From NCBI RefSeq assembly GCF_020745735.1, contig NC_083422.1:25792001-25856000 (forward strand): 64,000 nt of DNA, given 5' to 3'. The first letter of the stretch is position 1, and the number at the start of each line of letters is the position of its first letter. Shown here piece after piece: positions 38,043-51,028 of this stretch. This stretch comes from Hemiscyllium ocellatum. Its lineage: Eukaryota. Both the position numbers and the translations under genes were made by a program. Below the pieces are notes generated by a model. It saw only the letters and a program-made list of their open reading frames with translations. It made no database searches and was not told the DNA's origin.

Positions 38043-38429
38043 TACAGCTCATCTAGAGGTAGGATGGTGCATTGAAGCTCAGTTTTGCAGGAATACTCAG
38101 GATCTTCAAATAGTAGATGGTCGTTCTGCAGTGTGACTGAACTTGTGCAAGTGGTATTTAGGATATTACTTGATGTGGGGATCACCAATCAATACCAGGA
38201 GTTTTCTGGTTCCTGGAATCAACCCACTTTTCTCTATCGGTTGCACTTCTCCTGACACCAGGGATTTCACAGCTTCAGGAACCCAGACACAGGCAACACT
38301 GTCACTTGCAACTCTAACTAGTGACCCCTGCAAATTAACTCAAGCTTTTAAACTGTCCGTTTGCAGGGGGGCAAGTATTCTAAACATAGCCTTGGCAGTA
38401 ACCCCCTAGAAACTCAATCTAACAGAAAT

Positions 38430-38945
38430 TTATAAGTTACTGTCAGCCATGGTCTGTTTTCAAAGGCTGAACAGTTTGTACATTTACTGTCTCAGATGCA
38501 TTTTCAGTGTCTCTTGAGAGGTCAAAATCATCAACTCACAGCTCTTGGAGGTTTCAAATTCCATCAGTGTTCCCTCAATGCTGAGCCCATGGTGCCTGTA
38601 CAGACTTGACCACGTCTCTCTGATTGATGGTAGCTGTATACTCAAAAACTTTCTATACAATGAACTGGCCACTGGGTCATGACTTCCTGTATGTCCACAT
38701 GGCTGCAACAGGGATACCTGAAAACGAAATAAAGTCACTAACATTGACACACACAATGTGTCAGGAAAGACTGTGGTTCTCAGATTTACTGTTTGGAAGA
38801 GGTGAGCAGAAATGGAAAGCTTAGCTAGAAGTCCCAAAGAGAACAAGTTAGTGATTACTGAACATTCTACCGTCTTCCTCTGCAGCAAGTGTGGCAGAGA
38901 CTGTAGTGACAGAGTGGTGCTCCTGAGCTACACAAGATGATGTTT
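38430..38945 (+). mobile_element. RTE-clade LINE 3' remnant
   Basis: C-terminal CSKCGRDC...LLSYTR motif resembles the RTE/BovB terminal CCHC region; preceded by RWLGHD. Confidence 0.5.
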
Positions 38946-39759
38946 AACAGAAAGTCAATGATCACCATCAGTATATTCTCCACATCCACTGTTTCCACAC
39001 TTCATGAACCTGATGATCCCCATTGTGCACAATGGGCAAATGAGGGGTGAACATCCTCAAGAGTAAATCGCAGAATTACGGTCAATCTTTTCACCCTCTC
39101 TTTGTTCTTCCATTCCTCTATTCTGCATCTCACCCTCTTGTGACTCTTCTTCCTGTGCATGTGCTCATCCCACCGCTACACTTTGTCACTGCCATGGATG
39201 GGTCTTCCTCTTCTGGCCTGCTGCCAAGCACATCAGGGGCTGGACGTTCCACAATGATGTTCACAGTTTGGGCATCTGAGGATTGGGAATGCGTTCCCGT
39301 GCTGGAAAACTCTCTCCAACATTCACCGAGGAACTGGGGCAGCGGCTGCAATGGGTGAGGTTTTCTTCAAGTGGGACAATGACATGTTGAACTCTCCACC
39401 TGATCTGATGCTCAGTCACCTCCATTTCCCTGGTCAGTTTCCCAAACTTTAGGAAACTCATGTCGCTCCAGAAATATTTGGATTGACTGTGAGATATGTC
39501 AATTAGAGAGCCCAACCACTCTGCCCATTGTCTCCTCTTCTTCTTCCAGAGCTGGTTAACTTCCTACTGGGACTGAAAACCAAGTGAGGAGATGGTGAGT
39601 GAAGAAGCAGATTTTATACAAATTGTATCCCATAATATCCACACCAATCTTCAGGAAGTTTGACTATCCTGTGGGCAATCAGGGGTGGAAATATCCCAAG
39701 TGCCTGGTGAGAAGCTCCAGCTGAGAGAGCTATTTACTTGATGCTTTGTGATGATTGTC

Positions 39760-40618
39760 TTGGTGGCATAGTAGACAGTGAAGAAGGTTTTCTAAGATTA
39801 CGAAGAGATCTTGATAAATTGGGTCAACAGGCTGAAAAATGGCAAATGGATAAATGCGAGGTATTGCATTTTGGTACATCAAAGAAGGGTAGAGTTTATA
39901 CAATTAATGGTAGGGCCTTATGTAGGGTTGTAGAACAGTGGGACCAAGGGGTGCAAGAACATAATTGTTTTAAGTTTGTGTCACATATAGACAGGATGGT
40001 TAAAAAGGCATTTGGCACGCTTGCCTTCATTGCTCAGTCCTTTGAGAAAAGGAGTTGGGACGTAATGCTGAGGACATTGCTGAGGCCTCTTCTGGAATAT
40101 CGTGTCCAGTTCTGTTTGCCCAGTTATAGGAAGGATATTATTAAGCTGGAGAGGGATCAGAAGACATTTACCAGGATGTTGCTGGGGGTGGAAGGTTTGA
40201 GTTATAAAGAAAGGCTGGATAGGCTGGGATATTTTTCACTGGAGCACAGGAAGCTGACAGGTGAACTGAAAGAAGTTTATAAAATAATGAGAGGTATAGA
40301 TAGATTTGGTGGTAGTTGTCTTTTCCCTAAGATGGGGAATTTCAAGATGAGGTACATTTTTAAGGTGAAAGGAGAGAGATTTAAATAAGACGTAGAGGCA
40401 ATTTCTTTTTACAGAGGGTGGTTCGCATGCAGAATGAATTTCCTGAGGAAGTGGTAGATGCGGGTACAATTACGACACTTAAAAGACATTTGGGTGGTTA
40501 CATGAACAGGAAAGGACCTGGAGCAGGCAGGTGGAACTAGTTTAGTTTGGGATTATGTTCAGCATGGACTGGTTGGTCTGAAGGGTCTGTTTCCATGCTG
40601 TATGACTCTATGACTCCA
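39760..40618 (+). mobile_element. CR1 LINE 3' fragment (second subfamily)
   Basis: GGIVDSEEG...DKCEVLHFG...LRPLLEY; tail tatgactctatgactc. Confidence 0.9.
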
Positions 40619-41049
40619 TTACCTGGGATAAGCTCATATATGAGAAATGGTCACGTCTGAAGCACCTACTTGCCTATTCTTCCATTGATGGCACAGGTTC
40701 ACCTGTTTGTTTCTATCAGAATCTGCTTTCTGTACCACTGAGAATTGTAAGAGATAATGTCTGTCTCGTGCACATACTCATCACCAAAGACTGTCAGCCA
40801 GAAGAACTGATGTGCGATTGCATTCTCATCATGAACAAAGTCTCAGAATATGCTGCATCATTTCAGGTCTTTGTGTTAATGTGAGGTAGTTTAATTGTCC
40901 TTGTGAATTATAATTTCAGCTCAGGCATTCTCCTTGACATTGAGTAAAATGGAAGTGGCAGCATCTTCCCATTGATTAGAGACAACCAAATCAACACACA
41001 CATGAAGACACACAGCCACTCACCACAGTCTACCAAGTGTCAACAAAAT

Positions 41050-41380
41050 ACTGTGCAATTTTTAGCCTTTATTGCAAGAGGATTTGAGTACAAGTAGTGA
41101 AGTCTAGCCTCAATTATATAGGTGCTTGTTTAGATCACATCTAGAGTACAATGTGTATTTGTGGTCTCTTTATCTCAGGAAGGATATCATTTCTTTAGAG
41201 GGAGTGCAACAAAGGCCACCAGACTTGTCCCCAGGATGGTGAGATAGACCTGTGAAGAGAGAGATTGGGCAAACTAGGCCATAGTTTCAAAGAATGGGAG
41301 GTGATCTCACTGATACACAATACTTACAGAGTCAGACAGAGTGGATGCAGGTAGATATTTTCCCTGGTTATGGCAGCTTG
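41050..41380 (+). mobile_element. Degraded CR1 fragment
   Basis: gcctttattgcaagaggatttgagtac...catctagagtac (AFIARGFEY / HLEY). Confidence 0.6.
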
Positions 41381-43629
41381 AATGAGATACACTCTAATGT
41401 TTTCTTGACAATCTGCCTGCTTCTCTTCTTCTGACTGATGGTCACCCATTCCTTCCCTGACTGCACTTGCTTAAGCTTCAGGGTAACCATATCTATGAGA
41501 TATTCACATTACTCTCTGTCTCATGGATGCACTGCAGTCGCTGATGTTCACGCTCTAAACCAGGCATGCAAGCTGATCAAAAACGTGGCATCTCCTGCAG
41601 ACATGGCCATACAGACTGCAGCAGCATCGAAGATTTCTCATAACTGACAGGACTGAGCTTCCCTACCATTGTTTTAGTATAAATGTAATTAGTCTAAATT
41701 TAAAACAAGTAAAAGGTTAATTAAGTTTTCTATTAAAAAGCTAGAACTCATTCAACAACGCAGCTTTAAAATGAACAAAAGTAATTTAGCCTGTAGCTAT
41801 CAATTCATTCACTGCTTTGTATTGATGCCATTTTCACCAGCTTTTTTCAATTCCAGTGAAATTCCTGTTTGGGTTTAGCTGATGGTCCACCTTAGCTCCC
41901 CCTTCAAGCTTTCATTGGGAAGCTCTTCTGTTGCGGTTCACCACTCAGATCACTCTGAAGTGATGCTCTGGCTGGCTCCCCTTTGAGTGAAATTAGACAA
42001 CAAGACTAGAAAAATCCTACTCTTACTTATGTTCTGAGTCCCACTCAAGTCCACTCTCCCAGACCCTTCACACAAATGCTGATTTTTTCTTTGCTCCCTC
42101 CTTTGAACCTGCTTCACAGTGTTATTGCTGTGCAAATGACTTCCATCCCACCTCACAGTTAGCATAACTGCTGCACACTCCTCTCAGCCTCTTGCATGAA
42201 CAATTGAGTGTTGTGAAGCTCCTACTATCAGAAAAGATCAGAAAAAACAGCTTATTGCCCATCCCATTTGAAGAATGCATACCCCTATCCTAAAATGTAG
42301 GGCTGCTCTGCAAAATCTTCCCCACTTACATATGAAGACTTTATTCAGATTAGATTGCCAATCCATCATTTAATCAGCACCAGATCAACAACATAAGTAT
42401 GATTTGTTTCAATATTTACATGCCTTCGCCTCTGACTCCATCAACTACTCTGCTGCCATTTCATGTTAAAGATAGCATTAGGAAATCTTGGTTTCCTATT
42501 CTGTCCTAAAATAAGCATTTTATACCAAATCAGCATTAGACAGAAGTGGAGCTTGAATTGTAAAATTAGGGGAGTGGCTTATCTATTTTTGTTTTGCCTG
42601 GTTAGCGCACTGATGATTAATCACAACTGTACTCTATGTTCCTCAAATAACTTGGCCTGCTGTCCACGGTCTGAAATTTATTATTTTCAGTTGCTCTAGT
42701 AATTCATCAGGAAGGAGCCCATTCACAAAATGAGCTACTTCATCCTCCAGGTTAGTAAGCTGATCAAATATAACACTTGTTAATTATAACAATTCTAATA
42801 AGATAATCACAATTTCAAATCGGATTATATATAATAGTGTAATTTAAATTATTAGTTATTTTGGTATTCACACACACAGATATTAAGGATCCTCTAGGCA
42901 TTGTTAGAGTCGTGATTTAACAAATAAATATCATACACTGTCCAGAAAGTTGCCTGCCTCAGGGGAACAAATTTTATTTCATTAATCAATCATCAGGAAA
43001 AACACATAGTTAGGTATTGATCGCAAGCTTCTTCTTAATTGAGAACAATTTCTCAAACAGATATCCTACAAATGGGATCAGAGAACTGGAAAAAATGCAG
43101 CTGCTGTATCAGTACCTAAATAAGTAGAGAATGACAATAGGAGAATTTCACATTTTGCCACAATTTTTCCTCAAAAATTCCACAAGATAATAAGTCAACA
43201 TTTTTCTTAGCGAAATAGAGTCGGTTGTCTCTATTTTACAGTGTAATTATGAAGTCACTTATGAGATCAGAACCATCAAGAATGTGATTTCTATGGTTGT
43301 ATGTTAGTAATAAACAATAGCAGACATTCAGTGTATATTAATGATTCTTTAACACTTCCCAAGCAGTTAATTGACAGCTTGTGTGTTAAAACCATAAATG
43401 CTCTCAAACCCAGCTGTGAAATGCATTTTGATGAATTTGACTGATTGACAAAATTCTGACATATCTGAAACTTCAGTCATGTTGACACAATCCACAGGAG
43501 TAGAGTACAGTCCCAAATACAATCGCAATGAATTAAAACTCGATAACCCAAAACCACAGTTGTGAATAAGTTATCAGTCATTGCTGCCAAGAATAGGAAA
43601 TCTAATGAAAGGGTGCTTTTGATAAACCA

Positions 43630-44205
43630 AAGAAACATACAGCCAGAGAGATTTGCTAGAGGTGCTCAGGAGGAGTGGGACCCAGAGAAATAGTGAGGAA
43701 AGAGATCAATATGAGACTGGTACAGTTGGGAAAGGGAGCAAGTCAGTCAAGACAGGAAGGAACGAAGCAGAGAACAGGGCAGGACTGATAAATTTAACTG
43801 CATTTTTTAAAACGCAAGAGCCCTAACAGGGAAGGCAGAAGAACTCAGGGCATGGTTAGAAACATGGGACAGGAATATCATATCAATTACAGAAACATGG
43901 CTCAGGGATGGTAGCTTAATGTTCCTGGATACAAATGTGAAAGGAAGGATAGAAGGGGGAAGGCAAGAGAGGAGGGGAAGTGGCGTTTTTGATAAGGGAT
44001 AACATGACTGCTGTACGTAGGGAGGATATCACTGAGAATAAATCCAGGGAATTTATTTGGATGGAACTGAGAAATAAGAAGGGGATGATCACCTTATTGG
44101 GATTGGGATATAGATCCCCTAATTGTCAGCGGGAAATTGAGAAACAAATTTGCAATGAGATCTCAGTTATCTGTAATAATCGGTGGTTATGGTAGGGATT
44201 TTAAA
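43630..44205 (+). mobile_element. CR1 5' ORF2 fragment (APE endonuclease)
   Basis: NARAL, ITETWL, VAFLI, IWMELRNKKG, YRSPN and GDF motifs. Confidence 0.8.
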
Positions 44206-44206
44206 T

Positions 44207-44275
44207 TGAAAAATGTGTTGCTGGAAAAGTGCAGCAGGTCAGGCAGCTTTCAAGGAGCAGGAGAATTGATGTTTC
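44207..44275 (-). mobile_element. Tail-less Neptune-like PLE end fragment
   Basis: aaaatgtgttgctggaaaagtgcagcaggtcaggcagc...gtttc, homologous to 4525-4592. Confidence 0.8.
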
Positions 44276-44281
44276 TTTGTA

Positions 44282-45035
44282 GGTCAGATCTTAAATGACA
44301 ATGAGATGGAGTTCAAGAAGGAGACTGAGTGTTTAGCAGCATGGCATGAAGACAACAATCCCTCCTTCAACGTTAGCAAAATGAAGGAGCTGGTCATTGA
44401 CTTCAAGAAGTGGAGTGGTCGACATTCCCCTCTTTACATCAATGGTGCTCAGCAATACGTCTTGGTCCACATACATTGACACCAAAAGGCAGCAATGCCT
44501 CTACTTCCTCAGAAGGTTCAAGAAATTCGGCACACCCATAAAGACTCTGACAAGTTTTTATAAATGCACCATAGAAAGCATCCTATCTGGATGCATCACA
44601 GCATGGTATGGCAACTGCTCTTCCCAAGACTGAAAGAAACTACGTTTGTGAACACAGCCCAGTCCATCATACGAACCATTCTCCCATCCACTGACTTCGT
44701 CCATACTTCCCATATTGGGAGAGCAACAAACATAACCCGGACCCTTCCCAGCCCAGTTATACTTTCTTCCAATCTCTTCCATCAGGCAGAAATTACAAGA
44801 GTTTGAAAACACATGTAAACAATTTCAAAAACATCTTCTTCCCGACTATTATCAGACTTTCGAATGGACTTCTTTCATATTAATGTTGATCTCTCTCTCT
44901 ATATCTTCTTGACAGCTGTAATATTCTATCAGTTCTGTTACTCTGATGCACTTGTATAGAACAATCTGTTTGTGAAGCACATACAACAATACTTTTCTCA
45001 CTGTACCTCGGCACATATACCAGTAATAAATCAAA
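44282..45035 (+). mobile_element. Rex1/Babar-like LINE 3' fragment
   Basis: K.KELVIDFKK; QQCLYFLRRFKKFG...FYKCTIESILSGCITAWYGNC. Confidence 0.75.
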
Positions 45036-45044
45036 TACCATATT

Positions 45045-45582
45045 CATTCATGTGATGTGGGCATTGCTGGCTAGACAACATTTATTGTCAATCTCTAGTT
45101 ACCCTTGAGAAGGTGACAGCATGATGCCTTCTTGAACCGCTGCAGCCCAGTGCTGCAGAGAGATCCACAATGCCATTAAGGAGGAATTCCAGGAATTTGT
45201 TCCAGCAACAATAAAGGAACTATATATTTCCAAGTCAGGATGGTGAGTGGCTTGAAGAGGAACTTTCAGGTGTTCGCATATGTCTACTGTCCATATTCTT
45301 CTGGATGGAAGTGGTTGTGTGTTTGGAATGTCCTGTCTAAGGATCTTTGCTGAATTTCTGGAATGTATCTTGTAGATAATATACATTGCTGCTTCTGAGC
45401 TTTGGTGGAGGAAATGGATGTTTGTGCCAATGAAATGGGCTGCTTTGTCCTGGATGGTGCCACGAGTCTTGAGTGTTGTTGGAACTGCACCCATCAGGCA
45501 AGTGGGCAGTTTTCTATCACACTCCAGACTTTTGCCAGAGATAACATGGACAGGCTTTGGAAAGTCAGTAGGCAAGTTACAG
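45045..45582 (-). mobile_element. L2/CR1-clade LINE 3' fragment
   Basis: MGAVPTTLKT..TIQDKAAHFIG motif; shared 3' end. Confidence 0.65.
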
Positions 45583-45597
45583 ACAAAAACGTCAGGG

Positions 45598-45720
45598 CTA
45601 ATGAAGAGCTTATGCCCGAAACATCTATTCTCCTGCTCCTCGGATGCTGCCTGACCTGCTGTCCTCTTCCAGCATCATACTCTCGACTCTGATCTCCAGC
45701 ATTTGCAGTCTTCACTTTCT
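45598..45720 (+). mobile_element. Mini-PLE 3' end starting at a decayed hammerhead core, with tail
   Basis: ctaatga-agagc-ttat-gccc-gaaa-catc ... ctgatctccagcatttgcagtcttcactttct. Confidence 0.8.
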
Positions 45721-47683
45721 AATAGGAAGTTGAAGTGTCAACATTATCATAACATCAAAACATTGGATATGAATCTGCAACACAGAAATGAGTTACTGTT
45801 TAAAATCTATGCCAAACTATTGACCTGATGCAGAGAAATGTCAGCAATGATATACCAAAGAAGGCTAACATCATTAACTCAGTCCACAGGAAGCTATGAT
45901 TGGCTTATTTGGGAACAACTTTTCATAGAAAGCTTTAAGAGAATGGTTATGTAGTGGCTGAGCAGAATTCCTGGGCTATATTCCAAAAGGACTGGGTTGA
46001 TGTACTGGAAGGATAAGATCAAATGGACGAGAGGGCTTTTTGTTCCCCCCGAGCCAAGCTACTATTGGATCATACTTGATGAATCATAGACTCCAGGCTA
46101 TTAACAGGTGCACAATGTTCTTGGCCATATAGGTGAAGATTTTCAATACAACTGCATCCATTGTGGTGGAGTTAGCAATATGTAAATACTATGGCTATCT
46201 CCTCATTCATGTAAATAGAGCATATGTCCCAGTTCAACAGTGCAGTTATCTGGCTATATGTTCAAAGGGGACCTAAGAGCATGTAAGGTTAGCATGACGT
46301 AAAGCTTGCTTCCAACACTTAAAGGCATCCTGCCCCTCTTAAAAGGAAGGTTCACTGAATAATAGAAGATTGTTGCTAATTAATACTGATGCAAATGCGA
46401 ACAAAGAATATGAAACATTAGCCTCAGGAAATCCCATTCCCCCAGCCCTCACATGTGACACTGGAAACTTTCGTGGCTGAGAAAGACCATGTTTCCACGA
46501 GGGGTCAGGGGGCCCTCAGCATAATCTTTTGAACGGAATGGGGGGGGAGGTCAAAGGGTGATCAATACTAATGCTGAGGGACTGGCAGCAGGGCTGAAAG
46601 GTGTACACTTACCTCACACAGATGGCCAAGGTTAGTGAACGTATCTTTACAGCATTTAGTCTGTATATTTTTACAGACATCTATGCAGACATAACCCCTA
46701 CTGCTAATATGAACAGCAAAGCACTATTGTAGCAGCAGTGGTCAATGAGGACGAACTGGTTCTGTGCTAAATGCACAAAATTATATTTGAGGCATATTGT
46801 CGGTGCAGATTTAATGGGCCGAAGAGCCCCTTCTCAGCTGTATGATTCTATGGAGAGACCTCAGGATAGCCACTTTCCAACAAATGAAACGTAAGAAATC
46901 ATTTGGACTTCTTGTATGTAAAAGGAGAAAGCAAAAGTATGTGGCATTCTAGTGTTTGGAGAAAGCATAGATTCTGCAAATGATCTTGACTGTTGACATG
47001 TTTTGGTTAACACAGGAACAGGTTGTCAGTATTTATGCCAACATAATTCTGTGTCATCATATTGCTCTGGTAGAGTCACAGCCAGCGATGTTGTTGAAAG
47101 TGCTGGGCTTGCACCAATCTGTTATTATTGATAAATCCAATCACAGATAAAGGCAGATGTATTTTCGTATTCTCTGGGGCTTTCTGGTTGGTTATGCTGT
47201 TTCCTATCATTTGTACTTTACCAACAAGATAAATATACAGTAGCAACAAATGTCTGCAATTAACAGTTTCAAGTTACAACAAAAGCAAATGCAATGGTTA
47301 AAACAAAAACTAAACAAACATTAACATAAAATTGCAAGATTGAATTAAATAAATTCACGTTTAATCATGGTATGTATTACAGAATACTGTGGAATTGTGC
47401 GTTTGTCGTCTGAAGGAAAACAATTTGCAGTAATCCTCGAAGACCTTTGTAGCAGACATATTGAAGAAAAGGGTAAGATTCATGAACCACTCACAGAGAT
47501 CTTCACAATGCAAGTGAACTGGTTCATCACAACCACCCCAGTCAGCCTGATCACTGCACATAACCATTCCTCTGTCCTACCAAGAAAACTAACCCTGTTA
47601 CAGTAGAAACAGGAACAAATGAATGAAAAGCAGAAGTGGGCCATTCAGCCCTTCAAACCTTAATTGCCATTCAACAAGATCAT

Positions 47684-47819
47684 CAGGAGGCTGGAAGAGC
47701 ACAGCAAGCCAGGCAGCATCAGGAGGTGGAGGACTCAATGTTTTGGGTGTAACGGTTATACCCACCAGCCTCCTGCTTGTCTACCTTATATTCCAGCATC
47801 TGCAGTTTTTTTTGTCTCT
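47684..47819. mobile_element. Older asymmetric mini-PLE (distinct subfamily): minus arm, 11-bp inverted overlap and tail
   Basis: caggaggctgg / ccagcctcctg inverted pair; tail ttccagcatctgcagtttt; degenerate TSD attcaacaagatcat (47669-47683) vs attcaagaaaatcgt (47820-47834). Confidence 0.65.
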
Positions 47820-47974
47820 ATTCAAGAAAATCGTGGCTGACCTACTTGGGTTTTGTAGTCCACATTTCCATGTACCCTAATAACCTTGGATTCCTTTGCA
47901 TAACAACAATCTACCCACAAACAGAGTATCCTGCAGAAACTTAGCAGGTCTGGGAGCATCTGTGAGAGAACCAG

Positions 47975-48012
47975 AGCTAACATTTCGAGTTCAGTTGAAC
48001 TGTTCTTCAGTA
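47975..48012 (-). ncRNA. Hammerhead-like motif in an old PLE end
   Basis: Reverse complement reads CTGAAGA-ac-AGTTCA-ac-TGAACT-c-GAAA-tgtt. Confidence 0.55.
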
Positions 48013-48877
48013 TACTGAGTTATTAACTTATTTTAGTTGTGCACCCCATTTGTTCTCTAAACTCCCCTGGTACATTCCTGACCTTGTTCCACAATAACCT
48101 CTCCATATGGCTGTAACATTCATGTTCAGTCAGAAAGATCTAACTATTTAACTCTGCTTCTAAATATTGCTATAAAACTTCTGAATCTTCACATCTGTTA
48201 TACTCTACACTTTCAGATCTGTCTAAAAGCACACCTCACTTTACTATGCATGCAAAGAATTTGGACAAATAACAAATAAACCAATGCAAATGCAGCTTTT
48301 ACTTTATTAAATCATGTTTTCTATGCTTTTATTTTTATTGCTAGCATTTATTTTGTAATATATTCTCAGTGGTTAACTCTCACATTTCTTTGAACTGGAA
48401 GAAAATATCCATCAAATCATATGTTGTACGATCATAGAATCCATATATTTTTAAACTCACCAGCAAGAAAGGGCTAGCTTAAATGAGGAAAATCCAGGAA
48501 AATTATATTGAATCAAACAAGAATCAAACAATAAACAGTTTTCAATTTGAACATTGTACTCTGAAATCTTTACTAAGATATTTTGTGAAGTGGAGAGGGG
48601 AGATTAATCTCTTTTGCATTTTTGACACAATATAACCTACACCGTAATCTGATGGAAGTGTGTGTTTGTTCAACATTTTTAGGCAGGTGTTATGTCAGTA
48701 AATGCATAAAGATATTAATTTTAAAAACTATTCATTTTTACACTGGATCCTGATGAACTGTTAGGATGACTGTCAATGAGTTCAGAGCCCTTGGCAACTT
48801 CGATACAGACTATCAAGCTTCTAGAATTTTCTAAATTATATTGGTTACGGACATCCCCTTGAATGAAATTGCTGACC

Positions 48878-49091
48878 CTAGATTAGTGGTACTGGAAGAG
48901 CACAGGAGTTCAGGCAGCATCCGAGGAGCAGTAAAATCGACATTTCGGGCAAAAGTCTTTCATCAGGAATGAAGGGCTTTTGCCCGAAACGTTGATTTTA
49001 CTGCTCCTCAGACGCTGCCTGAACTGTTGTGCTCTTCCAGCACCACTAATCCAGAATCTGGTTTCCAGCATCTGCAGTCATTGTTTTTCCC
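48878..49091. mobile_element. Palindromic mini-PLE (different subfamily): 86-bp arms (48878-48963 / 48969-49054) plus tail; hammerhead core on minus strand at 48935-48970
   Basis: Perfect 14-bp TSD tgaaattgctgacc at 48864-48877 and 49092-49105. Confidence 0.9.
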
Positions 49092-49200
49092 TGAAATTGC
49101 TGACCAGCAGTCCAAATGAAATTTCACATCGAAGTTTGCTTTGAATCACAGACAGTAGGCTCCGAGACATTGTCTTCAGGTTTACAATATGACAAAGGAT

Positions 49201-49550
49201 AGGGCAGCACAGTGGCTCAGTGGTTAGCACTGCTACCTCTCAGCATCAAGGAGGCAGTTTAATTCCAGCCTCAGGTGACTGTCTGTGTGGAGATTGCACA
49301 TTCTCCCTGGATCTGCATGGGTTTCCTCTGGATGCTCCAGTTTCTCAGTCCAAACAAAATGCAGGTTAAGTGGATTGGCTGTGCTAAATTGCCCATAGTG
49401 TCTGGGGATGTGCAGACTAGATCAGTTAGCCATAGGAAATACAGAAATATAGGGATAGGGTGTAGGGGTGTGTCCAGATGGGATGCTCTTTGGAGGGTTG
49501 GTGCGGACTCGATGGGTTGAATGGTCTGCTTCCACACTGGGAGTCCATGA
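49201..49550 (+). mobile_element. HE1-like tRNA SINE
   Basis: A box tggctcagtgg at 49213-49223, degenerate B box, core, CR1-like tail. Confidence 0.85.
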
Positions 49551-49979
49551 AGATAGTTATTGAAATCAGGATTCATAAGTTAAATGTAAAAGACCATCAC
49601 TCATCTTCTGTGGAATATCAATGGCTTGCTAAAAGACTACCATCATCCTTCTATTGTGCATCAATAGCTATTTAGCATGCAATTGAAACTGGTTCTCTGA
49701 TACAGAAATCTTTTATCCAAAAAACCAGAAGACGACACTGGCACTACAGTAACTGCAGAGAAAGTCTGTGCCACCTTTATCCATCAAGTATTGTGAGGCT
49801 TACACGCATTTTTTTCAAAAGCTTGATTCCAAATATTCTGATATTTCACACACAAAGAACCTGAACCTTCTGATACAACAACATAAGAGTCTCTCGACAT
49901 GATCTGCTTTCACTTTGAAGCAACCCCACAGTTAATCCAGATCTGATGCAACAGTGCAAATCAAATCAATAACAATGCC

Positions 49980-51025
49980 ATACAGGAGGAATTTCTGAAG
50001 AGTGCATGAGATGTTTTTTTTTGGATCAATACATTGAGGAACCAACTAGAGAATGGGCCATCGTCAACTAGCTATTGCATCCCAAGAAAGGAAAAATTGA
50101 CAAACTGGGTGTGCAAGGTCCCTTGGGGAAGAGTGACCAAAATATAACATAATTCTTCATTAGGGTAGAGTGTCACATAGTTTACTCTGGATCTAGAGGA
50201 TGGAATCTAAATAAAAGAAACTAGAGTACCTGGTTTGAGGTATGAATTGGCTATGATAAATTGGGGAATGTTACTCAAAGGGCTAATGGTGGATAGGCAA
50301 TGGCAGACATTTGAAGAGTGCTTGAAGGAACTGCATCAATTGTTTATTCTTGTCTGGCATAAAACAAAACAGGAAAGTTGGCCTGACAAGCATAGAGTCC
50401 CAATAGTGTGGAAGCAGCCTACTCAGTCCATTATCTCCACGATTATTCCTCTGAAAAACAGTCTACCCAGACCCACCGCCCTATCCTATCCCTGTAACCT
50501 TACATTCCCCATGGCAAATCCACCTAACCTACATATCTATAGACACTACAAGGCAATTTAGCACAGCTAACCTAAGCTGTACATCTTTGGACTGTGGGAG
50601 GAAACTGGAGCACCCAGAGGAAACCCACACAGACGTGGGGAGAATGTGCAAACTCCACACAGAGAATGGAATCGAACCCAGGTCCTGGGTGCTGTGACGC
50701 GGTATTGTTAGCCACTAAGCCACCATGCTACCAATGGGTAACAAGGAAAATTAGGAATAGTATTTGATCCAAGGAAGGGGCAAATAAACTGACGCAAATA
50801 AACCCCAGCTGACCTAAGGGACCGGGAGCAGATTTCAGTAAAAGAGGACAAGGGGATTTATTAAGGGGGAGAAAAAATAAGTTTATGGGCAGCATACAAA
50901 TCAATTGTAAAAGCTTCTGTAGGTATGTGAAAAGAAAATACATTAATGAATGTAAATGTAGGCCCTTTATAATCAGAAATAGGAAAAGTTGTAATGGGAT
51001 TTAAAGAGATAGCAGATCATTTAAA
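49980..51025 (+). mobile_element. Old CR1 ORF2 fragment interrupted by a SINE at 50390-50730
   Basis: DQYIEEPTRE, LGKSD, MRYELAMINWG..QWQTF, and KSFCRYVKRK after the SINE. Confidence 0.65.
50390..50730 (-). mobile_element. HE1-like tRNA SINE
   Basis: A/B boxes (ggttcgattcc), core, tail gactctatg. Confidence 0.85.
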
Positions 51026-51028
51026 TAG

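Noticed and set aside
49201-49275. tRNA gene
   Set aside because: The A/B boxes belong to the SINE head; there is no complete cloverleaf and it continues into the SINE core.
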